64,000 nucleotides of DNA from a virus (Duplodnaviria > Caudoviricetes), in IMG/VR virus record IMGVR_UViG_3300035562_000079, positions 1-64,000 of that record; one strand, given 5' to 3'. This document shows positions 18,001 through 26,900 of this stretch, in pieces. Position 1 is the first letter of the stretch. Each line of letters begins with the position of its first letter. The notes under the pieces are model-generated. The model was given only the letters and a program-made list of their open reading frames with translations. It was not told where the DNA came from and made no database searches. The position numbers and the translations under genes were made by a program.

Positions 18001-19519
18001 GTAATGCATATTTTTGTGCAGCTTGTGCATCCGTTAAAGCTCCAACATCTGCCGCCGATGGCTTGTTTGACGAAGTATAGATTTGCCCCCATTTAACTCC
18101 ATTTTCGGGTTTATTAGAGAATCCTATATAGCCAAGTCCCAACCCTGAAATTGCTAGGTAACCGGAAGACGGTGCGGCATCACACGGTAAGCTGATGACG
18201 CCTGCCGCTATATTTCCCGTGATAGGTGGTTTATTTGCAGAAGTGGCATTTAAACGATAAATCTGAGCGGTATTACAGTATGCGTCATCGAAATGACGGC
18301 CGCCCACACCCAGTCCAAAGGCGCCAACAGCCATTAGTTGACCACCAGCGAGGCCTACATTGCGAGTAGCGGCATCTCCCAACTCGAGATTGCCACGTGC
18401 TTTAGCTTTGTCAGGCAGATCTGCGAGATTGCTGGCCTTTGCCAGATATCGTCCATCCGCTTCTGTTTTGTTATACGCATTCACATCGCCTGCCAACAAG
18501 TTCACGTCAGAACTCAACGGCTTTCCATTAATTTTAATGGATCTTAGGGCATATTTTTGCGCAGCCTGCGCATCTGTGAGAGCACCAACATCTGCGGCGG
18601 TGGGTTTATTGTCCGTTGTGTAAACTTGTGCCCAGTTTTTGATGCTTTCCGGGTTGTCCTCACGTAATGAACGCAACCAAAACTCATTATTTCCAGAACC
18701 AACCGCAAATTGAACATTTCGGTACTTGTTGAGCTTAAACGTCATCAAGTTGCCGTAATTACTCTTAGTTAAGGGATAGTTTTTTGATGAATCCCCTAAT
18801 TGTTCCAGAGTAAAACCATTTGGACGGGTTAAATCACTATTACCATCAAGAGGAGGAGTAGACTCGCTTGGAAAAACCAAGTTTGTTACTCCCAATGGGC
18901 CGGACATATTCCCACCAGCAAGTGGAACGAATGATCGACCAGCCTTTACAGTCAGCAATCTACTTTCTCGGGCATCATTAATATCATCAGTCGGTTCATA
19001 GGACACTTTTAATGAGAACCGCTTATCAATATTTATGCTGCCAGCCGGCACGCTGGTGGCATTGGCTGCCAAGTTAATACGGCAAACTTCGGCCATGCCA
19101 TCTAGGATACTTTTTTCATCATTCACAACACGCAGGCTGGCGGCTTTAATTTTGGAATTGGCATCAACTTGATCTGTCGTGATGCCCAGCCCGTACTTTG
19201 CTTCCAAAACAACAATATTCAGTTTCCCTGCCGCCAGGGCAACTGTTTGCTCGGTGAGAAGCTGCACGGTGATCTGATAACCATTGATATCTACAGATGC
19301 AACACCAGGCTTCGTGCCGTTCGGTTTTACGACGATGTTAAGGCCATTACCAGGAGTGACCGAAAAGCCCTGATATACACCAGCACCAAAGATCCCATAT
19401 GCCTTTCTGTTAAGTGCAGCTGAGGCATAAGGCTCAAGATACTGAACATCAGCCAGCATGCCTCCGGCTTTTTGCGGGGCAACGATAGTGATGCCACCTG
19501 AAGTAGTAATAGCGGTCAT
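15095..19519 (-). CDS. Long tail fibre (P1 gpS-like N-terminus, repeated shaft modules)
   Basis: N-terminal ADVQYLEPYASAALNRK; four KPTAADVGA...GRY repeats; likely start ATG 19519 overlapping the gpR stop (TAATG). Confidence 0.9.
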   Translation of the reverse strand: MTAITTSGGITIVAPQKAGGMLADVQYLEPYASAALNRKAYGIFGAGVYQGFSVTPGNGLNIVVKPNGTKPGVASVDINGYQITVQLLTEQTVALAAGKLNIVVLEAKYGLGITTDQVDANSKIKAASLRVVNDEKSILDGMAEVCRINLAANATSVPAGSINIDKRFSLKVSYEPTDDINDARESRLLTVKAGRSFVPLAGGNMSGPLGVTNLVFPSESTPPLDGNSDLTRPNGFTLEQLGDSSKNYPLTKSNYGNLMTFKLNKYRNVQFAVGSGNNEFWLRSLREDNPESIKNWAQVYTTDNKPTAADVGALTDAQAAQKYALRSIKINGKPLSSDVNLLAGDVNAYNKTEADGRYLAKASNLADLPDKAKARGNLELGDAATRNVGLAGGQLMAVGAFGLGVGGRHFDDAYCNTAQIYRLNATSANKPPITGNIAAGVISLPCDAAPSSGYLAISGLGLGYIGFSNKPENGVKWGQIYTSSNKPSAADVGALTDAQAAQKYALRSIKINGKPISSDVNLLAGDVNAWNKTESDGRYLKLAGDTMKGRLVIDGATVLPTQPLRSLSDSPALWAHGLSVSTLEYDDPNIKNYPTQAYSTLVNFSATEHRGLQLLSEKGTNNFWLRSADAGKYSTFVNLYHSENKPSADDVLAADVRCNFAAKKGVSRVLTGDAKPTSSGVWSAENSKWTPLAWGSLYVTTNLSDLTATSGNQNFLHYLFIGHGSGNKIYAATDVNGSFSGWGQYYSTAGKPTAADVGALTDVQAAQKYALRSIKVNGNPLTSDINLLAGDVDAYNKAESDSRYFARGMTGTSVDVAWNAPSGFYSTQATGMTSVLHFHLGGTGSTRSADFRFNYGNGGIAYRSSRDGFGYEKGWTKIYTELDKPKPADIGTLSTGEIVDSYGDIAKLKIETGANSTWILIGTISNLIQFGSILNIDVFGGSGYNASERNNASQRIMVRTNNGSVTKIKDPYRALVTSHYYGQPAITEVRAIEVSANKYEIYALVGAFTKNIVTSVSSSVKMSNWVYSFAVQDKEPEKGVRFIANEIYHSGNKPTADDVDAWSKLEADGRYLMLSGGTVKGDVGANKIVFPGSPVLDASTDIKRKPGFTIESFAGNSKGYPTDLGTLVSFTIGEHRNAQLAIGSGAESAFYFRSMRIDSPGVSEVWDRVYTQAFKPTAADVGAITDAQAAQKYALRSIKVNGKPLSSDVNLLAGDVNAWNKTESDGRYLAKSGGSLTGAVSSTSWFSATSHRVPSGAAPEGSGSFGMQLDSKAAFYQENFDWDVTGGGHYVPLIKGRSNRKGQGYPSAVSFGYLLDGTPSFAKPCINVKGDNTEGTWIFDPNSKQFYSPGNLVAGGAIFHADGNSSGNIWGGYLSNWLDNQFNARDNNINNRVDWGTYNRDVGARATVDWVNQNFIQNVRYSAEMQNGATGVYTYHSNTVLTGFDNRDADYSAESLFWSYIQIYKNGQWITIGR
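15835..18610 (-). repeat. Four dispersed ~55-aa shaft repeats in the tail fibre
   Basis: KP(T/S)AADVGA(L/I)TD(A/V)QAAQKYALRSIK(I/V)NG..LLAGDV.A.NK.E.D.RY at about 18446-18610, 17902-18066, 17107-17272, 15835-16000. Confidence 0.85.
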
Positions 19520-19968
19520 TATCCGGCCCTCTGATCGATAGTTAACACAGCAGTAAAGGCCTTCCCACGATATAAAGTATCTTGCTGGCAACAAAGAACA
19601 GCGAAGGCTTTTCCATCACTATCAATCAGCATCATAGTGTTAAAGTTGTAAGGCGTATCAGCTGGGAGCAATGAATCCTGTAACGTCGCGTTGATAGTGA
19701 TCAGGCCTTCTTTAGCAGTACAAACGAGGTTGCACTCGGCAAACTTGTTCTTCAGATCACTCAAAGAATATGTCGACGGTATGTTCGCAATATTCCAGCC
19801 CCCAGCGGGGTTAGCTGTAACTAGTGCTGACGTTCCAAAGTACCCTTTCACCATTGTGAACCGCGATCCGGCCCCGATCTCGGACTCCGCGCGCCGGTTG
19901 TAGAAATAGTCCAGCAGTGCAGCTCGAAACAGCTTCCCGCCGGTCTGAACGGCCTTAATTTCTGCCAT
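19519..19968 (-). CDS. gpR-like tail fibre attachment/baseplate protein
   Basis: LLDYFYNRRAES.IG.G.RF motif; directly upstream of the fibre gene as in P1. Confidence 0.75.
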   Translation of the reverse strand: MAEIKAVQTGGKLFRAALLDYFYNRRAESEIGAGSRFTMVKGYFGTSALVTANPAGGWNIANIPSTYSLSDLKNKFAECNLVCTAKEGLITINATLQDSLLPADTPYNFNTMMLIDSDGKAFAVLCCQQDTLYRGKAFTAVLTIDQRAG

Positions 19969-20003
19969 AGAAGAACGCCTGTGCAGTGGTTGATTAGCAG
20001 GCG

Positions 20004-20022
20004 AGTTTAAGTAAAGTGAGTT
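20004..20022 (-). promoter_or_regulatory. Late promoter for tail-fibre operon
   Basis: Minus strand AACTCACTT-tact-TAAACT. Confidence 0.75.
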
Positions 20023-20080
20023 TTAGAATTGAAAATGCTGGCCCAGCACACGTGAGCCAGTTTCGCAGGTCATAGAGCCA

Positions 20081-21136
20081 TTAAATGGTGTCTAAATAAA
20101 TAATAGAATTTATCTTTCCCACTTCAGCCGCTGAGATCGGAAGTATCGCGCGCTCTATACCTTCAGGGAACACAAACCCTAAAATCCCAGTAGCGAGTTC
20201 TACATTGCAGCCTCGGAAACCGAGCGTCTGAATTGTGGCAATACCATCCGCTATAACAAGGCGTGAATCAGCACCTTGCGTAGGTCGTATCATAGGCGCA
20301 GGAACCACATCAAGCGGCCAGGCATCCAGTCGCATATCGTCCATATTGACGAGCACAGTCTCGAGTGACCGGGGAATATTGCTGAGCGTTTGGGTTACTT
20401 TCAGATTAGTTGAAACTGATTCGGCTGAGATAGCAGTTTGGTGTGATTCGATATACCAAGTACCACTTTGGATCTTTGCGCTAGCGCCAGCTAGAGTGAA
20501 AATAATTTTTCGCTCCACCAGCTCAAAGCGCAAATGATATCCCATGCCGTCAAACACAATGTGAAGCGGTATCAATGGCTCAATGACCATTTTGAACTGA
20601 CGCAAGAACTCGTCTAGCACTTCGGACGGGTCAGTATCCGAATATACGTCGTAAACGTCGTTCAGCGCTACGCTGATGCGTCCGCGTGAGGTAAGGAAGA
20701 AATCACCATACTTCCCCTTTACCGTCTCCAGCTCGTCCCTGGTGACGAAATACGAGCCATATGGAAACTTAGCCTGGTCTACCGGGGCATAAAGCGGTGC
20801 CCAGGTGGCAGCAAGGTTTTTGAACTCACGCCATAGCGTTGCCTCGATCGGACGGTTTGTGCCCTTGAAGTGGATCTCATCCAGGCGCTGCGAAAGCAAT
20901 ACTGGCAGTGAGGCGCTATTCTTCCCATCGATATAAAAGAATTTCCCCAACTCCCCCATACGTTTTCGCAAATCATCTTTATCCATTGAGTAAAGAGACT
21001 TTCTGTTGGCGGTGCGCTCTATTAATGGCATCACAATGCTATTCAGCATAGACTGCACCACATCTGCAAAACCCGCCCACAAACCTGAGTTTTGCTTGGC
21101 AGACGTCATTTGCTCCTTGAACCAATTATCTTTCAT
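20081..21136 (-). CDS. Baseplate wedge protein (P1 gp16-like)
   Basis: QRLDEIHFKGT.RPI, WAPLYAPVD..PYG, FLTSRG motifs; synteny. Confidence 0.75.
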   Translation of the reverse strand: MKDNWFKEQMTSAKQNSGLWAGFADVVQSMLNSIVMPLIERTANRKSLYSMDKDDLRKRMGELGKFFYIDGKNSASLPVLLSQRLDEIHFKGTNRPIEATLWREFKNLAATWAPLYAPVDQAKFPYGSYFVTRDELETVKGKYGDFFLTSRGRISVALNDVYDVYSDTDPSEVLDEFLRQFKMVIEPLIPLHIVFDGMGYHLRFELVERKIIFTLAGASAKIQSGTWYIESHQTAISAESVSTNLKVTQTLSNIPRSLETVLVNMDDMRLDAWPLDVVPAPMIRPTQGADSRLVIADGIATIQTLGFRGCNVELATGILGFVFPEGIERAILPISAAEVGKINSIIYLDTI

Positions 21137-21144
21137 CGCCTGCC

Positions 21145-22557
21145 TCAGTATTTAAGGTCAAATATCGACTTGGTTACATCCAAGAAAATAAAATCGTTTA
21201 GCGCGGCGGCATCACTCATATTCTTGATATCAAGATTAAATTTTGAAAGCAGCCCTGTTGACTCAATTATTGCCCAAATTTCATTATGAGAAACTCGTGC
21301 GAACTCCCCTGATTCATCACGCTCGAAGTTGCTAGAGTCTTTTCCTGCTTTCGCCTCTAACGCCTCACGAATTTTTCTCTCAGCCTCTGAAATTATTTCG
21401 CTTTTCTTAACCGTACCGGAAACGGAAATTGTAAATGGTCTTTCATTAGTTTTAACGTAAACAAAATTCTTATTTAATTCGTTTGGAATCCCTTTGAAAG
21501 TGTCTAAAACCATCGTTTCCATTTGCGCCTGTGTCAACCCCTTCTTGTGGCCGCAAAAAAATACAGTGTTGATGTTCTTTAGAGATTTAACGCCAGTTGA
21601 ACGCTCCTGTTCCTTCTCACCCCAAGCATTGATCCAGCTAATATTAGGGATCTGTGTGCGAAGATAAAATTTATAGTCCGCCCCCCACACTACCTGGCCG
21701 TCATAAGCGGTAAAATATTGCGCTCTGCTTCGCGTTTCCTCTGTCGTTTCATACCCGGCGCCGTTCGTGATTGGTGTCTCAGTCTTGATCTCTATCTGGC
21801 CTGATAATTCCGACGAATCTGCATACGGTGTCAATGTTTGGCCTTGTACCAGTGTAATGTCACCATCACTCAGCCAAACATCTAAAATCACCTGTTCACC
21901 GCTGGCCGGCATCTTGCCAATAGAACCATCACCAAAGCGAACACCAATCTGTTCCGTTGGCCGATAGAACTTCACGTAATGAAGGCTATTCTTATTTGAA
22001 AGTCGAAACTGAGGGTTTTCTTCCCATCGGCGGGCAACACCATTATCAGTAACGGAAACATCAATATTCACGCATCTTTTTGTCATAGCCTTAGTTAGTG
22101 TGAAAGACAAAAACTCAGTTTCGTTTTCAACATCAAATATCAGCCTTTCCCGCTCAAGCTGTTTTGTTTGAACACCATGTTTTGTTTCGCCAGGCTTCAA
22201 TATAACCGGCTCAACAAGCATGTAACGTTTTTGCTCATCGGATATCAAGTCAGTATAGATAGCTAATGATTGTGGTTTCTGAGTTTTATTAATTACCGTG
22301 GAAGTCCCGTATGATGGGGTAATCTGTCGAGTCACATAGCCTCTATCCTCAGCAGCAGCAAGAATTGATGAACGTTTTGTTGCTGTACTAATAAAACCTT
22401 CAGTTAATGCCTTCTCGGCGGCAGTCTGACAGGCATACATGATTTGACTAACCATAATCGCCAGCATTTTCATAAACTGGCTGTTTACAAATCGACTCCA
22501 CCATACATTTTGCTGAATGAGAGCCGTGAACTTATCCAATATATCTTGCGAGGTCAT
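21145..22557 (-). CDS. bplA: Baseplate wedge protein BplA (gpJ/T4 gp6-like)
   Basis: FISTATKRSSILAAAEDRGY and VRFGDGSIGKMP motifs. Confidence 0.85.
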   Translation of the reverse strand: MTSQDILDKFTALIQQNVWWSRFVNSQFMKMLAIMVSQIMYACQTAAEKALTEGFISTATKRSSILAAAEDRGYVTRQITPSYGTSTVINKTQKPQSLAIYTDLISDEQKRYMLVEPVILKPGETKHGVQTKQLERERLIFDVENETEFLSFTLTKAMTKRCVNIDVSVTDNGVARRWEENPQFRLSNKNSLHYVKFYRPTEQIGVRFGDGSIGKMPASGEQVILDVWLSDGDITLVQGQTLTPYADSSELSGQIEIKTETPITNGAGYETTEETRSRAQYFTAYDGQVVWGADYKFYLRTQIPNISWINAWGEKEQERSTGVKSLKNINTVFFCGHKKGLTQAQMETMVLDTFKGIPNELNKNFVYVKTNERPFTISVSGTVKKSEIISEAERKIREALEAKAGKDSSNFERDESGEFARVSHNEIWAIIESTGLLSKFNLDIKNMSDAAALNDFIFLDVTKSIFDLKY

Positions 22558-22561
22558 TACG

Positions 22562-22909
22562 TTACTCCTTTTTCATTGCCCAGGTAAGTTCCTGGTTAGG
22601 TATCCCAATAGTCAGGACAAACACATCAATCTCAGCTGGTTCTATCCTGATCCCCTCCAACTTCAGATCAGCTATGTCGCTCATCATTTTGATGATGATC
22701 TCATTTTCAATGGCTACCAGCGTGTGCACGCTGTCCAGAGGCTCATGTTTAAAGCGTGCCAGGGGATTTCCGTACTCTGGAAGGCCATAAACACTGCCCT
22801 CCGGTGTGTGTAACCAGTCCTCTATACGCGCTTCCATTGCCTCTACATCACCCAATTTGATGGTCACGCCTTCCCCGGTAACGCGCAGGAGGCTATCTAT
22901 CTCGTTCAT
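22562..22909 (-). CDS. pmgA: Baseplate protein PmgA (T4 gp25-like)
   Basis: WLHTPEGSVYGLPEYGN motif. Confidence 0.8.
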   Translation of the reverse strand: MNEIDSLLRVTGEGVTIKLGDVEAMEARIEDWLHTPEGSVYGLPEYGNPLARFKHEPLDSVHTLVAIENEIIIKMMSDIADLKLEGIRIEPAEIDVFVLTIGIPNQELTWAMKKE

Positions 22910-22939
22910 TTGAATACCTATGCTGGGGGCAAGGTGGAT

Positions 22940-22958
22940 AATCTAGGCGAAGTGAGTT
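22940..22958 (-). promoter_or_regulatory. Late promoter for baseplate operon
   Basis: Minus strand AACTCACTT-cgcc-TAGATT. Confidence 0.75.
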
Positions 22959-22989
22959 AATGAGCGCGGCATCCCTTCCGCACTCATCG

Positions 22990-25900
22990 TTAGCCGAAGA
23001 GCTTTTCGAGGGCGCTATCTGATATTGCGGTTGGTACCTCAGCTCGCGGCGCAGGTTGCGGGCTGTGAGTAGTCATATTGATATTTGCCTCTTTAGGCTC
23101 AGGCTTCACATTGAGTTGTTTCTCAACACCTTTGGCAATACGTTCAAGCCAAGACAGAGTTTCATCGTCGTTGCTGCGGGATTCATTATCTCGTTGATAG
23201 ACTGGCGCCACGCCGCTGGCCGCCAGGTTTGGGATCGGTGGTGGAGGTGACGTTTGAAATGCCGAGATTGCCTGTTGAGTAAGGCTGTTAGTTTTTCCTC
23301 CGATAGCGTTAGCAACTGTATCGCTCAGGAATGAAAACGGTGTATCTGCCATCAAGCCAGATATGACTGATGAAACACCTCCGCCAACGGTATCACCGGC
23401 CGTCACTGCGAATGAAGAAAGTGGGTTATCAATATCAACCCCAATCGACTGGAGGGCACTGCGTGCAGCATCTTCCATCACCCCTTTCCCCGACTCCATA
23501 GCTACGCTGCCGATACCTGAAGCCATATCTTTTGTCTCATCCCACCAGCTGGTATCCCCATTAGCTGCGTTACCCTGCTGTAACGGACTCGAGCCAGGTA
23601 GAACTTTGCGGGCTTTTTTAACTTCGCTGGCGGGCACAATCTGCATCGCCTGTTCTTGAGCGCCATTAACGGCTGGAGGCATAATTGTGCCAGATTCAGC
23701 ACTTCGTGCGACTCCACTCCCTATCCTGCTGGTGGCCCTCTGCTGGAGTACGGCAATAGCATCCGGTGAATTTGATGCCTGTTGTAAGGCACCCGGTAAC
23801 TTGTCGTTTAAAGGCACTGTTAGACCACGATCTGGCGCGGGTACAGTCAGGCCTTCTACATCAAACATCCCAGTTAATGCAGCGTCGCTTTTGCCTCCAA
23901 GTTCGCCCAAATACGTCGTGGCAGTGTCATATGCTTCTGTGGCTGCCTCGCTGACGCGCGCGCCCAAAGATTGCTTTTCCGGTCGGGAGAATTGCGCGCT
24001 GCTTGAAATCGCTTCAAGGCCGTCCGCTTGGCGCTGCTGATTAATGATTGACAGAGTTTCTGGGTTAAATTGACCAACCCACTTTTTACCTGAACGTTCG
24101 CCAATTGCTGTTTTTATAAATTGATCAGAAACTTGCGGCGCCCCACCTTCGATAGTAGCTATCTGTCGCATTATTTTCGTCATGACGTCCGCATTGCGTA
24201 GATCAAGTCGATCGCTCTCCCTCACGCCCAAGGACTTCGACAGCTGAGCAATATAGCCCTCGGTATCATTCTCACCACTTGGGGCATATTTGGAGATAAT
24301 CCCCCTAACGGTGTCTACTTTTTGATAACCAATTGCTTTTGATGTTCCTTCGGCATAACTGCTGAGCTGATTCGCTAGTGCACGAAACCCCTCTTCAGGA
24401 GAGCCAAATTTAGCAAAACGACGCTCACCTTTTGCATTGGCTTGCTCTAACTCAGCGCCGGTTTGACCTACATACTCCAGGTTGCCAAAGTTGTTATTCC
24501 TAAACGCCCTGGTATGTGCGTTAGCGCCACCTATATTTAACTCTTTCGAGACGTTATTAAACGCCGGTGCTAATCCAGGAGTTGCAGATATGCCAGATGC
24601 GAGTGATAGGTCGGCCATGCCAGGCATTGCTGACTGAAGAGAACTATCCAGGTCTTTAATTGCTTCTGTAGTTTGTTTCGCCCCTGCGCGTATTGCGTCG
24701 ACCTGGCTATCGCTACCCGAGTCAAAAAACTCTTTTACACTGCTGACGCCATTGTCTAAGGACTGTGCTATGTCACTGGTATTAAATGTTAGGCCATCTG
24801 CCACGCCATCCATACCGAGCCAGCGAGCGCCGTCTGCCATAAAGCCGGCTCCGCCTGACACCAATCCCCCCATGTCGATTATATTGGCGGCGGCATATTC
24901 GCTTTTATGACGGCCGGATACATCCTGACCTTCAGCCAATTTAAACGCCCCTCTCTGTGCTTCACTATCACTGAAGCCATCGATCGCATCAATGCCGGCG
25001 CCTATAATCGTCCCTACAATTGGAATCGCCTTCAGAGCACCTTTAGCAGCCAGCTTGCCAGCGGCTTTTTCCGCCACCTTTTCGCCTACTGCTTTTTCTG
25101 CTGCATGTTCTGCCGTGGTGACAGAAGCTTTCTCTGCCACCTTTTTGCTCGCGCTCTTCCCAGTAGACGCTGTAATGGTTTCTGCGTTCGTTGCTGCTGG
25201 TTTAACTGAAACTCTATTGCGAGCCATTTTCCGGCCGCGCTTAGACTTGGAGCGAGATTTACGCGATTTTTGCTGTGCTTTTACGTCCTCTGGTTGTTTT
25301 GGTACCTCAACGCCCTTTTTGCCTGCTGGATTATCGATATTGGCGCCGACAGACTCAGTAACTTCGCTACTACTGCCAAATACCCCTTTAATAGCGCCAT
25401 ATGCACCAACAGCTACAGCACCTGCACCAGCGGCCACTTTAGTCAGCCTGCCTCCTTTCCCCTTTGGCGATCCGGAGGATGGATTATGCTTCCCATGCAT
25501 ACCACCGGTAGTGACCGGCCCACGCCCTGGGCGTGGCATGATATCGGTGATATCACCTGCACCGGCTAAACGTTTAAATAGTTTTACGAGTACCCCACCA
25601 CCCAACGCTAACGATAGCCCTCCCAAAATTCGAGATCCCAAGGCCTTTCCGATAGCCTTCCCACCTAGGCCAGCTAAAATCCCGCCAAGAACACCGTGAC
25701 CACCTTTGCTACCTTTTGAGTCTTTGTCTCTGATTTCCCCCAGAACGCGGATAATCTCTTCATCGGTTTTTGCTAACTGCTCCTGCTGCGATTCCATAAC
25801 GGAGATCACTTTGCCGGTGGTGCTCGCACTGTAGGCTTGTTGCGATTTAGTCGGTGCACTAACGTCCGGGAATTTTATCGGCGCCTGGGTTGTGGCATTT

Positions 25901-26748
25901 GGAAGGTCTTTGCGTTTATCCCGCCATTCTTTGAGACTTACCACCTTATCGTTAATGCCACCGATCAGATCAGCTGCTTCTTTACCGGCGCTAAACAGAA
26001 CGCCACCAGCTGCCATCCCAGCAACCTCCGCCGCTTCCCCATCACCATTCTTGCTAGAGAAAAAGGAAGCCAAACGTTTTAGCAGGTTTTTTTCATCCTT
26101 GTCGTTTTCATCCTCAACGTCAGAATCAACCGTGTCCTTTGATATAAACCTTCCATTTTCTCCCCGTGAACCGATTTTTCGCTCACTTCTTTGTATTGCT
26201 TGTGTTTTTGATGAATCACCATCATCTAGCAAATGCAGTTTTCTAGCTGTATTGCCGATTGCAGAATAAATGTTTTCGCTTGCATTAATTGAGTTACCAG
26301 TCAATTCAGAAGGCCGGTAACCATCATTCGCATTCGATAACATGTCAATTGATTGCAATTTACTGCCAATAACATGATTTTTATCAATCGCGGCATTTCT
26401 TGGCGGAAAACTACCGATAAAAGATGATTTTTGATTTTTATTATCACCAATTTGAAATCTTTCGCCTGATACAGATAACTCCACGCGGCTGTTACCATTG
26501 CGAATGTCATGTAACTGATTGCGCCTATAAGTGGGATGGGAGTCATTGGCAGGCTCTTGACGCCGAGAGATCTGGGCAATGATAGAAGCATTAGACTTCT
26601 GTAACTTAACGTCGTTCGAGCGGCTTGTTGGTGAGCGGCTTACAATTGCTCGGTGTATATCAGTAAGTACATCGAGTTCTTTCGCACTGGCGTTCTCAAT
26701 CGCATCGATGATAGACAGTATTTCTGTTGGCTTAGTTTGTGCCGGCAT
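22990..26748 (-). CDS. sit: Tape measure protein (Sit position) with muralytic domain
   Basis: 1252 aa, Ala/Gly/Ser-rich; contains RNNNFGNL...RFAKF...YAPSGENDT lysozyme-like domain. Confidence 0.85.
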   Translation of the reverse strand: MPAQTKPTEILSIIDAIENASAKELDVLTDIHRAIVSRSPTSRSNDVKLQKSNASIIAQISRRQEPANDSHPTYRRNQLHDIRNGNSRVELSVSGERFQIGDNKNQKSSFIGSFPPRNAAIDKNHVIGSKLQSIDMLSNANDGYRPSELTGNSINASENIYSAIGNTARKLHLLDDGDSSKTQAIQRSERKIGSRGENGRFISKDTVDSDVEDENDKDEKNLLKRLASFFSSKNGDGEAAEVAGMAAGGVLFSAGKEAADLIGGINDKVVSLKEWRDKRKDLPNATTQAPIKFPDVSAPTKSQQAYSASTTGKVISVMESQQEQLAKTDEEIIRVLGEIRDKDSKGSKGGHGVLGGILAGLGGKAIGKALGSRILGGLSLALGGGVLVKLFKRLAGAGDITDIMPRPGRGPVTTGGMHGKHNPSSGSPKGKGGRLTKVAAGAGAVAVGAYGAIKGVFGSSSEVTESVGANIDNPAGKKGVEVPKQPEDVKAQQKSRKSRSKSKRGRKMARNRVSVKPAATNAETITASTGKSASKKVAEKASVTTAEHAAEKAVGEKVAEKAAGKLAAKGALKAIPIVGTIIGAGIDAIDGFSDSEAQRGAFKLAEGQDVSGRHKSEYAAANIIDMGGLVSGGAGFMADGARWLGMDGVADGLTFNTSDIAQSLDNGVSSVKEFFDSGSDSQVDAIRAGAKQTTEAIKDLDSSLQSAMPGMADLSLASGISATPGLAPAFNNVSKELNIGGANAHTRAFRNNNFGNLEYVGQTGAELEQANAKGERRFAKFGSPEEGFRALANQLSSYAEGTSKAIGYQKVDTVRGIISKYAPSGENDTEGYIAQLSKSLGVRESDRLDLRNADVMTKIMRQIATIEGGAPQVSDQFIKTAIGERSGKKWVGQFNPETLSIINQQRQADGLEAISSSAQFSRPEKQSLGARVSEAATEAYDTATTYLGELGGKSDAALTGMFDVEGLTVPAPDRGLTVPLNDKLPGALQQASNSPDAIAVLQQRATSRIGSGVARSAESGTIMPPAVNGAQEQAMQIVPASEVKKARKVLPGSSPLQQGNAANGDTSWWDETKDMASGIGSVAMESGKGVMEDAARSALQSIGVDIDNPLSSFAVTAGDTVGGGVSSVISGLMADTPFSFLSDTVANAIGGKTNSLTQQAISAFQTSPPPPIPNLAASGVAPVYQRDNESRSNDDETLSWLERIAKGVEKQLNVKPEPKEANINMTTHSPQPAPRAEVPTAISDSALEKLFG

Positions 26749-26900
26749 TATCGTTTACCTGACGAGTTTTTAATCATTTGAACCAGGTCATCAACCATCT
26801 TGAAAGCACGCCACTGAGGCAGTCGCTCTACATCACCGATCGACTGATGGCCGTATAAGGCCAGGTCATGAATTAGGGTCACCCAGGAATTTAACGACAT
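26748..26900 (-). CDS. Small gpT-like tail assembly chaperone ORF (50 aa), possible frameshift extension of pmgB
   Basis: Hand translation MSLNSWVTLIHDLALYGHQSIGDVERLPQWRAFKMVDDLVQMIKNSSGKR; overlaps the end of pmgB; its TAA overlaps the tape-measure ATG. Confidence 0.65.
   Translation of the reverse strand: MSLNSWVTLIHDLALYGHQSIGDVERLPQWRAFKMVDDLVQMIKNSSGKR

Noticed and set aside
24907-26269. Long plus-strand ORFs opposite the tape measure gene
   Set aside because: Antisense shadows of Ala/Gly-rich coding sequence; the same applies to those opposite rdgC and pacB.
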